DNA of 33,202 nt from sequence record DRR378314_2519, one strand, 5' to 3'. Below the pieces are notes generated by a model. The model had not been told where the DNA came from. It did no database searches and saw nothing but the letters and a program-made list of their open reading frames with translations. Numbering within the stretch: position 1 is the stretch's first letter; each line of letters begins with the position of its first letter. Below, one piece after another: positions 9,531 to 19,280 of this stretch. The position numbers and the translations under genes were made by a program.

Positions 9531-10262
9531 TTACTCACTAATCTGTGTGCCTGAATGGGTTTTACTTATCAAATTCCAACTGCCTATTCGCACACATCGT
9601 CGTAAGCGTTTTGCTGCGTTAAGTGCGCCGCGAACTTTAACCAGCATGCCATCTCTAATCACACCGCTTTTTGTCAGTTCATCAATACTCCGGCTGTCCA
9701 ACTGCTCTATCAATTGGCCTTCGCTGTCGAGCACGCCATCGACATCGGTTAGAAACAGTAAATCGGCGTCTAGGTTTGCGGCAACTGCAACCGCGGCGTC
9801 ATCGGCGTTAACATTGAACCATTCGCCCTGTTTACCGAAGCCAATAGAGCTTATTAATGGCAGGTAACCGCATTTGAGCAAATTAGTAATTAACCCGGAC
9901 TCAAACAGCTCGCAAGTACCTACCTGCCCCAGCTCAGCAGACTTCCGCCGACAAGAAATACCCGCCTCATGCAGCGTTAAGCCAATAGGCCATGCTCCTG
10001 CAGCAATCGCCCAGGACATCAATTGCTTATTCGCACACCCCGCCAAAGCACCCACTATGTAAGGCATATGTTGCTCGGGGCTGACTCGCAACCCTTCATG
10101 CTTTCCACTTTTTAGGCCAGCGGTGGACAGCCATTGCTGAGCCAGAGCGCCGCCGCCGTGCACAATGACGGTATTGTTTTCAGTGTCTGACAGGGACGCG
10201 AACAGAGCTCTCATCTCATCGGGCTGTTCAAGCAGGCTGCCGCCCAGCTTTATCACTTTCAT
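9531..10262 (-). CDS. argB: Acetylglutamate kinase
   Basis: VIKLGG, VIVHGGG, GLRVSP, NVNAD, LTDVDGV and GMLVKV; ATGA overlap with argC. Confidence 0.95.
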   Translation of the reverse strand: MKVIKLGGSLLEQPDEMRALFASLSDTENNTVIVHGGGALAQQWLSTAGLKSGKHEGLRVSPEQHMPYIVGALAGCANKQLMSWAIAAGAWPIGLTLHEAGISCRRKSAELGQVGTCELFESGLITNLLKCGYLPLISSIGFGKQGEWFNVNADDAAVAVAANLDADLLFLTDVDGVLDSEGQLIEQLDSRSIDELTKSGVIRDGMLVKVRGALNAAKRLRRCVRIGSWNLISKTHSGTQISE

Positions 10263-11284
10263 AACAGCCCCTCTTCAAGTGCTAAACCAAGCTGCAGGTT
10301 CACACACTGAATGGCCTGGCTGGCAGCACCTTTTAACAAGTTATCAATGGCCGAAAAAGCAATAAGCTGGTTGTCCTGACGGTGCCAGCCAATATCCACA
10401 AAGGGTTGCTGCACCACATTTTTAATGGCTGGTCGTGCTTGTTTTTCAAAACGAACCAAAGGCTGATCTGCATAGCATTGGTACGCTTTATCTAAATCGG
10501 CGTCGCTAACATCATCGTTAAGTTCTGCGTATAAAGTTGCCAGAATGCCGCGCGGAAACTGCGCTAAATGCGGAGTGAATAACACTTCGTGCTGTAACTG
10601 TTGAGCAATTTCCGGAGTATGCCGATGCTCAAACAGCCCATACGCTTGCAAAGAAAGTTCCGCACCATGACTTACCAGCGCGGCCTTTCGTCCGGCACCG
10701 GTCACACCGGATACCGCATTAATAATAATTTTGCTGTCGCGGAGTAAGCCTGCCTGTTTTAACGGAAGCAATGCCATTAAAGCGGCGGTTGGGTAACACC
10801 CGGGCACGGCAACTAACTGCGCGGCAGCTATGTCTTGCGGGTACCATTCCGCCAGCCCATAAACCGCTTGCTGTAGCCACGAATCCTGCTGATGCACAAA
10901 GCCGTAAAAGGAGGGATAATCTTCAGTTGCGTTTAAACGAAAGCCACCGGACAGGTCTATGACTTTCAAACCAGCAGCCAGAAATTCAGGCGCAAGCTCG
11001 ACACTCACGCCATGATCAGTGCAAAGGAACACAATGTCAGCCGAGCCCCTAATGAAGTCTTTTTCATGACAGGATAAGCCCTGTAACGGAAGTTTCACTA
11101 AATGTGCATATTGTGGGTGTAAATCACTCAACAACGAGCCGGCATCACTGCTATGCTCAGAGACATAACAACCCAAAAGACTAAGCGCCGGATGTTGTTG
11201 CACCAAGCGGGTTAGTTCGGCGCCGACGTAACCGCTGGCTCCGATTATTGCGACTGACTGAGACTGCGCGGCTGTATACTGCAT
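10259..11284 (-). CDS. argC: N-acetyl-gamma-glutamyl-phosphate reductase
   Basis: IIGASGYVGAEL, VIDLSGGFR, VPGCYPTA, SGVTGAGRK, HRHTPEI and IDNLLKGAASQA. Start placed at ATG 11284 because the longer ORF (11350) would begin inside the ARG boxes. Confidence 0.95.
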   Translation of the reverse strand: MQYTAAQSQSVAIIGASGYVGAELTRLVQQHPALSLLGCYVSEHSSDAGSLLSDLHPQYAHLVKLPLQGLSCHEKDFIRGSADIVFLCTDHGVSVELAPEFLAAGLKVIDLSGGFRLNATEDYPSFYGFVHQQDSWLQQAVYGLAEWYPQDIAAAQLVAVPGCYPTAALMALLPLKQAGLLRDSKIIINAVSGVTGAGRKAALVSHGAELSLQAYGLFEHRHTPEIAQQLQHEVLFTPHLAQFPRGILATLYAELNDDVSDADLDKAYQCYADQPLVRFEKQARPAIKNVVQQPFVDIGWHRQDNQLIAFSAIDNLLKGAASQAIQCVNLQLGLALEEGLL

Positions 11285-11333
11285 GCGGCAAAAACCTGTT
11301 GCTGTTTTTGAGTAAAAATGCAGAATAACCGAA

Positions 11334-11372
11334 TAAATATACTTATGCAATAATAGTGAATAATTATATTAA
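11334..11372. promoter_or_regulatory. Tandem ARG boxes (ArgR operator) in the divergent argC/argE control region
   Basis: Two 18-bp boxes, TAAATATACTTATGCAAT (11334-11351) and AGTGAATAATTATATTAA (11355-11372), separated by the canonical 3 bp. Each contains one good TG(A/C)AT half-site. Confidence 0.8.
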
Positions 11373-11383
11373 GGATTACTATC

Positions 11384-12544
11384 ATGAGCACCCCAGCCTT
11401 ACCATCATTCTTCTCAATGTATCAGCAACTCATTGCACAGCCTTCCATCAGCTCTATCGACCCGAAGTGGGATCACAGCAATCAGAAAGTTGTGAATTTA
11501 CTGGCTGAATGGCTGGAGATATTAGGGTTTGAGTGCGAAATCAATGAACTGCAAAGTCAGCCGGGAAAGTTCAATTTACTGGCTCGCCGGGGAGGAGGAA
11601 GTGGTGGCTTACTGCTGTCCGGACATACTGACACAGTGCCTTACGACGCCAGCCGCTGGAACTTCGACCCTTTTAAACTCACTGAACAGGACAACCGCTG
11701 GTAGGGCCTTGGCAGCATTGATATGAAAGGCTTTTTTGCTTTTGTTATTCAGGCTCTGAGCGAGCTGGACGCAGCTCAGCAAAACAAGCCTGTGATGATA
11801 CTGGCCACCGCCGACGAAGAAACCACTATGGATGGTGCCCGTGAGATCAGTCGTTTTGCGAACCTCAAACCCGACTACTGCGTAATAGGCGAACCCACAG
11901 ATATGCGCCCGGTATACGCGCACAAAGGGCACATGAGCGAAGTAATACGCATTACCGGACGCTCCGGCCACAGCTCAGATCCGGCATTGGGTATTAACGC
12001 CATAGAACTGATGCACGAAGTCATTTCAGCACTCATGAAATTAAAAGAAGAGTTCAAGCATAAATATTCAGATTCAAGTTTTTCTGTGCCACACCCCACC
12101 ATGAACTTTGGTCACATTCACGGCGGCGACAACGCCAACCGCATTTGTGGTTGTTGCGAGCTGCATCTGGACATTCGGCCGCTGCCGGGCTTGTCTGTCG
12201 ATGAGCTTTACGTTCACCTGCACCAGGCAACAGAAAATATTCAGGCTCGCTATCCGGGGTCAATTGAGCTCATTTCACTGCACCACCCCATACCGGCTTT
12301 TCAGCAAAGTACCGACTCCGCATTGGTGCAATTAGCTGAGAAAATTTCGAAAACTCAGGCGCAGGCGGTTAACTACTGCACTGAAGCGCCCTTTCTTCAG
12401 GAACTGGGCTGTGAAACACTGGTTATGGGGCCGGGATCGATACGCCAGGCACATCAGCCCGATGAATATCTGTTAACTGAAAGCATAAAACCAACTCAGG
12501 AAAAACTAAAAAGTTTACTAAAAAGTTATTGTTTCTCGGGTTAG
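11384..12544 (+). pseudogene. argE: Acetylornithine deacetylase interrupted by a premature in-frame TAG at 11702-11704
   Basis: ORFs 11384-11704 and 11723-12544 are in the same frame. Reading through gives LLLSGHTDTVP...DNRW*GLGSIDMKGFF...TADEET...IGEPT...CTEAPF...GPGSIRQAHQPDEY, a 386-codon ArgE. The stop sits where M20 enzymes have (L/W)YG(L/R)G. Confidence 0.88.
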
Positions 12545-12554
12545 CGGCCGATAG
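12527..12554 (+). promoter_or_regulatory. Possible sigma-28 (FliA) promoter for the chemoreceptor gene
   Basis: TATTGTTT-N12-GCCGATAG compared with the consensus TAAAGTTT-N11-GCCGATAA, about 80 nt upstream of an MCP gene. Confidence 0.45.
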
Positions 12555-12633
12555 CAAATGAGCGTTAAAATTTTAAATGTATACAAATTTGCTACACTTA
12601 GTTATCAGCAACTGCATAACGAGGAAATAAATC

Positions 12634-14259
12634 ATGCTACGTCAAATTTCCATAGGTATTCGCGCCAGTATCGCGTTTGGACTGATAGGGTTACTCACTC
12701 TCATTTTGGGTATTTTCGCGTTAAACCGTATTGAAATTATTGATAACGGAATAACCACCGTTAGCGAAAAGCAGTTACCTGTGCTTGAAGAAATTAGCGA
12801 GCTGAACCAAGAGTTTCTTCTGGTGCGAATTCATTCTGCCAATGTATCAAGTTACGTAAACGATCCACAGCGTCTTGCTACATACAAACAGAAGTTATCA
12901 GACGCAATAACTCAATTGAAGGAAAGTCAGCGCCAATACAAGAGCATGGTTCAAGACCCTCAGGCTCAAAAGCTCTTAAGCGAATATGAAGAACTTGACA
13001 AAGAATACTGGAAGCTCAATGAACAGTTTAACAAGCTTGTCGACGCAGGTCTGGTAGACGCTATCGCATCTATTCGTGAAAACAGCATACTTCCGTTAAC
13101 GGATAAAATCACACAGCAACTGGATAAAATGTATGGCGCTGAAAGATCTCTAATTAATCAGGCAGCGGACAACGCTCACAATGTTGCCGAAAACTCGATT
13201 CTTGCCGTTATAGTAGTACTAGTCGTTGTCATTGCGTTATTAGTTCTGTTCGCCGTTGTACTGACCCGCAGCATTGTCAAACCTATCGGAGCTGCCGTTG
13301 ATTTTGCCGAAAGCATTGCTAAGCGCGACTTAACGCAACGTATTGAAATTGTCGGTAAAGATGAGCCAGCACAGCTACTTCGTCAATTAGAACGAACGCA
13401 AACAGAGCTGCGCAATTCTATTACCACCATATCGGAATCGTCGGAGCAATTAGCGTCAACCTCTGAAGAACTAAGCTCAGTGACTGAAGAGTCTACCCGG
13501 ACTATTCAGCAGCAGTCGGAAGAATTAGAACAGGCAGCAACGGCCGTAAACGAGCTGACCACCGCCGTTGAAACCGTTGCTCAGGATGCTCAAAACGCTT
13601 CTGAAGCTTCGGACGAAGCAAATCAACAAGCGCAACAAGGTAATGACCGCGTACGTAAAACGGTCCGTGCTATTGAAGAGTTGTCTCAGGAAATTGGAGA
13701 CTCTTCAGGTAACGTGACCGAGCTTGCGGAAAAAGTTAAGAGCATTACTAAAGTGCTTGAAGTTATCAGCGGTATTGCCGAACAAACGAACCTGCTAGCA
13801 CTAAACGCAGCAATAGAAGCGGCTCGTGCTGGTGAATCAGGCCGCGGGTTTGCCGTTGTTGCGGATGAAGTTCGCTCGTTAGCTCACAAGACACAGCAGT
13901 CCACCGTTGAAATTGAAGACATGGTTAAAGCCATTAATGAGTCCAGCGACCGTTCTGTCGCCACCATGGACAAAAGCTTAGAGCGTGCTACTAAGACTCT
14001 GGACGTGGCACGTGAAGCCGGTGAAGCACTGCAGTTGATTACCGCTGCTGTCAGTGAAATAAACAATCACAACACATCCATAGCCAGTGCCGCAGAAGAA
14101 CAGGCAAACGTGTCGCGCGATGTGGACAAAAACCTGGTCAGCATTCGTGACCTGTCTAATTCAACAGCCTCCGGTGCAGAGCAAACCAATGCCTCGAGCC
14201 GCGAACTCTCGCGCCTGGCCGTTGATCTTAATGAATTGGTTAAGCGTTTTAGAATTTAA
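12634..14259 (+). CDS. Methyl-accepting chemotaxis protein (four-helix-bundle sensor, HAMP, signalling domain)
   Basis: Two TM segments flank a helical periplasmic domain. HAMP region (SIVKPI...[13 protein letters not shown]); signalling hairpin [41 protein letters not shown]. Confidence 0.97.
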   Translation: MLRQISIGIRASIAFGLIGLLTLILGIFALNRIEIIDNGITTVSEKQLPVLEEISELNQEFLLVRIHSANVSSYVNDPQRLATYKQKLSDAITQLKESQRQYKSMVQDPQAQKLLSEYEELDKEYWKLNEQFNKLVDAGLVDAIASIRENSILPLTDKITQQLDKMYGAERSLINQAADNAHNVAENSILAVIVVLVVVIALLVLFAVVLTRSIVKPIGAAVDFAESIAKRDLTQRIEIVGKDEPAQLLRQLERTQTELRNSITTISESSEQLASTSEELSSVTEESTRTIQQQSEELEQAATAVNELTTAVETVAQDAQNASEASDEANQQAQQGNDRVRKTVRAIEELSQEIGDSSGNVTELAEKVKSITKVLEVISGIAEQTNLLALNAAIEAARAGESGRGFAVVADEVRSLAHKTQQSTVEIEDMVKAINESSDRSVATMDKSLERATKTLDVAREAGEALQLITAAVSEINNHNTSIASAAEEQANVSRDVDKNLVSIRDLSNSTASGAEQTNASSRELSRLAVDLNELVKRFRI

Positions 14260-14260
14260 A

Positions 14261-14395
14261 TGCCTGACACTTATGTAGCCTGATATTTATGCCAGGTGGG
14301 GCATCTCACCTGATGTGAACATCAGGCTATAGGGTGCACATAGCCTGACATTTATGTCAGGTCCAATGCCGTTTCTGACGTAAACGTCAGGCCAT
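14261..14395. repeat. Cluster of GTAG-family REPs in alternating orientation (BIME-like)
   Basis: Copies at 14275-14297 (+), 14308-14330 (-), 14340-14362 (+) and 14373-14395 (-), plus a truncated copy at 14261-14276. Consensus RTAGCCTGAYRTTTAYRTCAGGT. Confidence 0.85.
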
Positions 14396-14504
14396 CATAA
14401 TAACCCTCCTGAATACTGCTAATTAACAGCATAAATTAGACTAATGGTGCGACCAGCATCTACTCTTAATCCGTGTTAACAAACTAGTAACAACGGATTC
14501 AAAA

Positions 14505-16088
14505 ATGAACAATCTATTTAACTTCAGTCAACCCCTTGATGACGATGCAAAAGCGCTGTTCAACGACGAGAATCAGTCTTTTCTCGCTGAGTTAGTCGAT
14601 ACCTTTCAACCACGGTTAGAGTCGCTGTTAAAGAAGCGTCAGCAACGTCAGGCTCAATTTGACCAGGGTCAGTTACCTGATTTTGACTCTGCAACTCAAA
14701 ACATCCGTGAAGGAAACTGGCGCATTGCCGAACTGCCAGCAGATTTGAAAAAACGCCGCTTAGAAATTACCGGACCGGTGGACCGCAAAATGGTCATCAA
14801 CGCTCTGAATGCCAATGTCGATTGTTACATGGCCGACTTTGAGGATTCACAATCTCCTACCTGGGAGGGCATGGTTAACGGTCAAATTAACCTGCGTGAC
14901 GCCAACATTGGCGGCATGACCTATACCGACCCAGACAGTGGCAAGCACTACGAAGTTGGCCCTGATCCTGCACTCCTAATTGCACGAGTTCGCGGCCTGC
15001 ACTTACCGGAAAAGCACGTGCAGCGTAATGGCCAAGCTATTCCCGGCGCGCTAATGGACTTTGCTTTGTACTTTTTACTGAATTACCAGCAGCGACTACA
15101 ACAAGGTTCGGGTGTGTATTACTACCTGCCCAAGCTGGAACACAGCGACGAAGCCAAATGGTGGGCCGATGTTTTTCACTTTACCGAGAAAAAATTCAGC
15201 TTAAAAACCAGCACCATTCGCGCCACCATACTCATAGAAACCCTGCCTGCAGTGTTTCAGATGCATGAAATACTGCACGCCATGAAAGACCACATTGCTG
15301 CACTTAACTGCGGCCGCTGGGATTACATTTTCAGTTACATAAAAACCCTGAAAGAACATCCTGAACGGGTTCTGCCAGACCGCCAGGTGGTTAGCATGGA
15401 CAAGCCCTTTCTTAACGCCTATTCGCGCTTGTTAGTGAAAACCTGTCACCAGCGCGGGGCTTTAGCTATGGGCGGCATGGCAGCCTTTATTCCCAGCAAA
15501 GATCCAGCCGAGAATGAGAAGATCCTCGCTAAAGTTCACGCCGACAAAACCATGGAGCGCGACAATGGCCACGACGGCACCTGGATTGCTCACCCGGGTT
15601 TAGCTGACACCGTGCGCGAAATTTTTGTCGATGGTATTGAAGGCGACAACCAGCTTCACGTACTGCGTGAAAACAACACGCCGATTGATCAGGCCTTACT
15701 GCTGCAACCCTGTGAGGGCGAGCGTACTGAAGCCGGCATGCGCACCAACATTCGGGTATCGCTGCAATACATTTCCTCCTGGCTGAACGGCAAAGGCTGC
15801 GTGCCTATCTACGGCTTGATGGAAGACGCCGCCACCGCTGAAATTTCACGTACCTCAATCTGGCAGTGGATCCGCCACGGCAAAACCCTGTCCGACAACA
15901 CCCCGGTCACCAAAGAGCTGTTCCGGCAGTATCTGCAGGAAGAAGCTGAGGTAGTGAAAAACGAAGTGGGTAAACAACGCTGGAACGACGAACCTTTTGA
16001 ACAGGCATTAAAGCTTTTAGAAGAAATTACCACAGCCGACGAGCTGGTCGACTTTCTGACCCTGCCCGGCTACCAACAACTCAAGTAA
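14505..16088 (+). CDS. aceB: Malate synthase A
   Basis: RRLEITGPVDRKMVINALN, ADFEDS, YYYLPKLE, LNCGRWDYIFS, GHDGTWIAHPGL, LMEDAATAEISR. Confidence 0.97.
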   Translation: MNNLFNFSQPLDDDAKALFNDENQSFLAELVDTFQPRLESLLKKRQQRQAQFDQGQLPDFDSATQNIREGNWRIAELPADLKKRRLEITGPVDRKMVINALNANVDCYMADFEDSQSPTWEGMVNGQINLRDANIGGMTYTDPDSGKHYEVGPDPALLIARVRGLHLPEKHVQRNGQAIPGALMDFALYFLLNYQQRLQQGSGVYYYLPKLEHSDEAKWWADVFHFTEKKFSLKTSTIRATILIETLPAVFQMHEILHAMKDHIAALNCGRWDYIFSYIKTLKEHPERVLPDRQVVSMDKPFLNAYSRLLVKTCHQRGALAMGGMAAFIPSKDPAENEKILAKVHADKTMERDNGHDGTWIAHPGLADTVREIFVDGIEGDNQLHVLRENNTPIDQALLLQPCEGERTEAGMRTNIRVSLQYISSWLNGKGCVPIYGLMEDAATAEISRTSIWQWIRHGKTLSDNTPVTKELFRQYLQEEAEVVKNEVGKQRWNDEPFEQALKLLEEITTADELVDFLTLPGYQQLK

Positions 16089-16118
16089 TTACAATTAAAG
16101 AACAACAAGGAATTATTT

Positions 16119-17456
16119 ATGACAACCCAGAATCTTTCATTCGCACAACAGGTTAAAGAATTGCAAAAGCAATGGGACACCGACCCACGCTGGAAAGGTG
16201 TTGAGCGCCCCTACAGTGCCGAAGACGTTGTGCGCCTGCGTGGTAGCGTGCAGCCAGAATACACCTACGCCCGCAACGGTGCTGATAAACTCTGGAAACT
16301 CATTCACGGCAAAGCACAGGAAAAATTCGGCAAAGACTATGTCAACGCATTGGGTGCTTTAACCGGTGGTCAGGCGGTGCAGCAAGTTAAAGCGGGTCTG
16401 CAGGCCATTTACCTTTCCGGCTGGCAGGTGGCGGCCGATAATAACTCGGCCTGCAGCATGTACCCGGATCAGTCGTTATATCCGGTCGACTCAGTACCTA
16501 CGGTTGTCGAGCGCATTAACAACTCATTCGCCCGTGCTGATCAGATACAGTGGTCAAAAGGCGTTACGCCGGAAGACGACAATTACGTAGACTACTTCGC
16601 ACCTATTGTTGCCGACGCGGAAGCCGGTTTTGGTGGCGTTCTCAATGCCTACGAGCTGATGAAGCGCATGATCCAGTCCGGTGCTGCCGGAGTGCATTTT
16701 GAGGATCAACTGGCTTCAGTGAAAAAATGCGGACACATGGGCGGTAAAGTACTGGTACCCACACAAGAAGCGGTGCAGAAACTTTCAGCCGCACGTTTAG
16801 CTGCCGATGTTGCCGGTACACCGACACTGATTGTCGCCCGTACTGACGCTAACGCCGCCGATCTACTAACTTCTGACTTTGACCCGAACGACAAGCCGTT
16901 CATTACTGGTGAACGCACTGCCGAAGGTTTCTATCGCGTGAAGCCGGGCATTGAACAAGCCATTTCACGCGGCTTAGCATATGCTCCGTTTGCGGATCTT
17001 ATCTGGTGTGAAACCGCCAAACCAGACTTAGACGAAGCGCGTCAGTTTGCTGAAGCCGTTCATGCCAAATACCCCGGCAAACTGCTGGCCTATAATTGTT
17101 CACCGTCGTTTAACTGGAAACGCAACCTGGACGACGACACCATTGCTAAGTTCCAGCGCGAGCTTGCCGCAATGGGTTACAAGTTCCAGTTTATTACCTT
17201 GGCCGGTGTGCACAACATGTGGTACCACATGTTTGAACTGGCACATGACTATGCCCGCAACGACATGTCAGCCTACGTTAAACTTCAGCAACAAGAGTTT
17301 GAAGCGGCAGACAAAGGATACACCTTTGTCGCGCACCAGCAGGAAGTCGGCACAGGCTACTTCGACGAGCTGACCAACGTCATTCAGGGCGGGCTATCCT
17401 CAGTCACTGCACTGAAAGGCTCGACCGAGGAAGACCAGTTTAAAACCTCCGCGTAA
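16119..17456 (+). CDS. aceA: Isocitrate lyase
   Basis: [23 protein letters not shown], catalytic [20 protein letters not shown] and [18 protein letters not shown]. Confidence 0.98.
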   Translation: MTTQNLSFAQQVKELQKQWDTDPRWKGVERPYSAEDVVRLRGSVQPEYTYARNGADKLWKLIHGKAQEKFGKDYVNALGALTGGQAVQQVKAGLQAIYLSGWQVAADNNSACSMYPDQSLYPVDSVPTVVERINNSFARADQIQWSKGVTPEDDNYVDYFAPIVADAEAGFGGVLNAYELMKRMIQSGAAGVHFEDQLASVKKCGHMGGKVLVPTQEAVQKLSAARLAADVAGTPTLIVARTDANAADLLTSDFDPNDKPFITGERTAEGFYRVKPGIEQAISRGLAYAPFADLIWCETAKPDLDEARQFAEAVHAKYPGKLLAYNCSPSFNWKRNLDDDTIAKFQRELAAMGYKFQFITLAGVHNMWYHMFELAHDYARNDMSAYVKLQQQEFEAADKGYTFVAHQQEVGTGYFDELTNVIQGGLSSVTALKGSTEEDQFKTSA

Positions 17457-19134
17457 AGCGCAAGTCGGCATCATAAGGAAAAACATCCGTAAGCTCACCC
17501 TTGCGGATGTTTTTCTGTACGCGGCACCAGTAAGCCGAATCAATTAACTCTGGGTGACGCTTCAATAGCTTGTTGCGATATTTTGCTTGTGGCACCGCAA
17601 ATTGCGCCAACTGCTGCGGAAATACATCGTCCGGTGCGTAGGAAACCTCCCAGTCGTTTTCCGGCAAACGTCTGAAACTCATATCCGTTAAGTAGCGCAC
17701 TTCGTCGTAATCGTAGAACACCACCCTTTTATGCCGGGTGACACCAAAGTTTTTCAGCAGCATGTCGCCGGGGAAAATATTCGCCGCCATCATTTCTTTT
17801 AACGCCCGGCCGTAGTCGTCCATCGCCGCGTCTATTTCTTCGTCATTGGCGTATTCTAAATACAAATTCAGTGGCGTCATCCGGCGCTCAACAAACAACT
17901 GGTGAATAACCAAAGTATCACCCTCTATCGAAATAGAGTTGGCAATGGTTTGCTTAAATTCGTCCAGTAAGTCCGGGGATATACGTTTAAGCGGCAGTGC
18001 CACATCGACAAACTCTAACGTATCGGCCATACGCCCTACTCTGTCATGCCGCTTAACCATGCGGTAGCGGTCGATAACCGTCTGCCGACCAAACTCCTTG
18101 GTACCGCCCAAGCGGTCTTTAATGACTTTAAACACATAAGGGTACGACGGCAGCGTAAACACCGTCATAACCATGCCTTTAACACCGGGGGCAGCAGACA
18201 GTTGGTCGTCTGTACGGCGCAAGTGGTGCAAGAACTCTCTGTAGAATTCGGTTTTGCCCTGCTTATGAAAACCCACTGAAGAGTAAAGCTCTGCCAGAGT
18301 TTTGTGCGGCATTAAATCCTTTAAAAACCGCACCAAGGCAGAAGGCGCCTCAGTTTCGACCATAAAATATGAGCGTGCAAAACCAAAAATAGTGGCCATG
18401 CGGTCAGAGCGAGTAATAAAGGCATCCACATAAAGCTTGCCCTGCGAATTAATCAGCACCGGCACAATAAAAGGGTAATGGTTATTTTCAGTCACCACTC
18501 GCCCGACAATATACGCGGCTTTGTTGCGGTAAAACGGCGACTTCAAAACATCTATGCGCAGGTTGTGGGCTTCAATATCGGTTTCTGTTGCGCGCTCAAA
18601 GAACTTATCGCGCAGCTGTTCAATATCATTTTCAAAGTTCTCAAACTCACCACCTAAGCCAATATCCTCAAACACCCGGGTCAATGTTCCCTCCAGCCCG
18701 TCAACAACCGGAAAGTAAGAGTGGCATTCGTTCTCTACCGGCACCGGAATGTGGTTCGCCAGCACGGTTTCCACAAAAATATAGTCGTTATTAAAGTAGG
18801 CCCGGTCGAACACCCGACAAAACACCGAGTTGTAAAAGGTTTCGGCAAGCTCCGCCTGAGGGTGAAACTTCAGCAGTTGTTGGTAACGCTGCCGGGTAGC
18901 TAGCCAGAGGCCTTCATCCAGTTCTGTACCGACGCGGCGCTCGACTTTCTTAGCCGTTGTACCCACCTGATGGTCGTAATAATGAATACGCTCTGAAGCT
19001 GCCGACACAACCGCGGTCCAGTCGCGCTTTAAGAAACGTTCACGCGCGCCCTGAGTCAGCACCTGAAAACGCCGGTAATGACTATGGAAGCCATCCAGAA
19101 TACTTTTTGCCAGGGTCTCGGGGCTAATTGTCAT
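17440..19134 (-). CDS. aceK: Isocitrate dehydrogenase kinase/phosphatase
   Basis: [74 protein letters not shown]. Confidence 0.97.
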   Translation of the reverse strand: MTISPETLAKSILDGFHSHYRRFQVLTQGARERFLKRDWTAVVSAASERIHYYDHQVGTTAKKVERRVGTELDEGLWLATRQRYQQLLKFHPQAELAETFYNSVFCRVFDRAYFNNDYIFVETVLANHIPVPVENECHSYFPVVDGLEGTLTRVFEDIGLGGEFENFENDIEQLRDKFFERATETDIEAHNLRIDVLKSPFYRNKAAYIVGRVVTENNHYPFIVPVLINSQGKLYVDAFITRSDRMATIFGFARSYFMVETEAPSALVRFLKDLMPHKTLAELYSSVGFHKQGKTEFYREFLHHLRRTDDQLSAAPGVKGMVMTVFTLPSYPYVFKVIKDRLGGTKEFGRQTVIDRYRMVKRHDRVGRMADTLEFVDVALPLKRISPDLLDEFKQTIANSISIEGDTLVIHQLFVERRMTPLNLYLEYANDEEIDAAMDDYGRALKEMMAANIFPGDMLLKNFGVTRHKRVVFYDYDEVRYLTDMSFRRLPENDWEVSYAPDDVFPQQLAQFAVPQAKYRNKLLKRHPELIDSAYWCRVQKNIRKGELTDVFPYDADLRFTRRF

Positions 19135-19280
19135 GGTCTTTCATCCGCTAAACCGGTCACAACGACTCTCTACTTGAATCAAGTTAATCATCAATAATGA
19201 CAGAAACAAGACTGGCGTTATACATTCACCCTATTTATAATCCCGATAGATTTTTTATATTCCACTTATTCTGGATAGTT

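Noticed and set aside
11702-11704. Pyrrolysine or genome-wide TAG recoding as the reason for the argE amber codon
   Set aside because: TAG is used as a normal stop in this window (argE end at 12542-12544, LysR, argG, kinase), no pyl genes are visible, and the position corresponds to Tyr.
11723-12544. Treating the 106-aa and 273-aa ORFs as two separate genes or a natural split enzyme
   Set aside because: They are in frame, the six codons between them still encode conserved GLGSID including a metal ligand, and the second ATG has no clear SD.
14261-14395. Possible mini CRISPR array
   Set aside because: The repeats alternate in orientation, spacers are only 9-10 nt, and there are no cas genes; this fits REP/BIME structure.
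19197-19280. N-terminal extensions on LysR (also argC, TBDR, MFP and the PLP enzyme) given by the ORF track
   Set aside because: The extensions run through AT-rich regulatory DNA or a terminator; downstream ATGs match family N-termini better.
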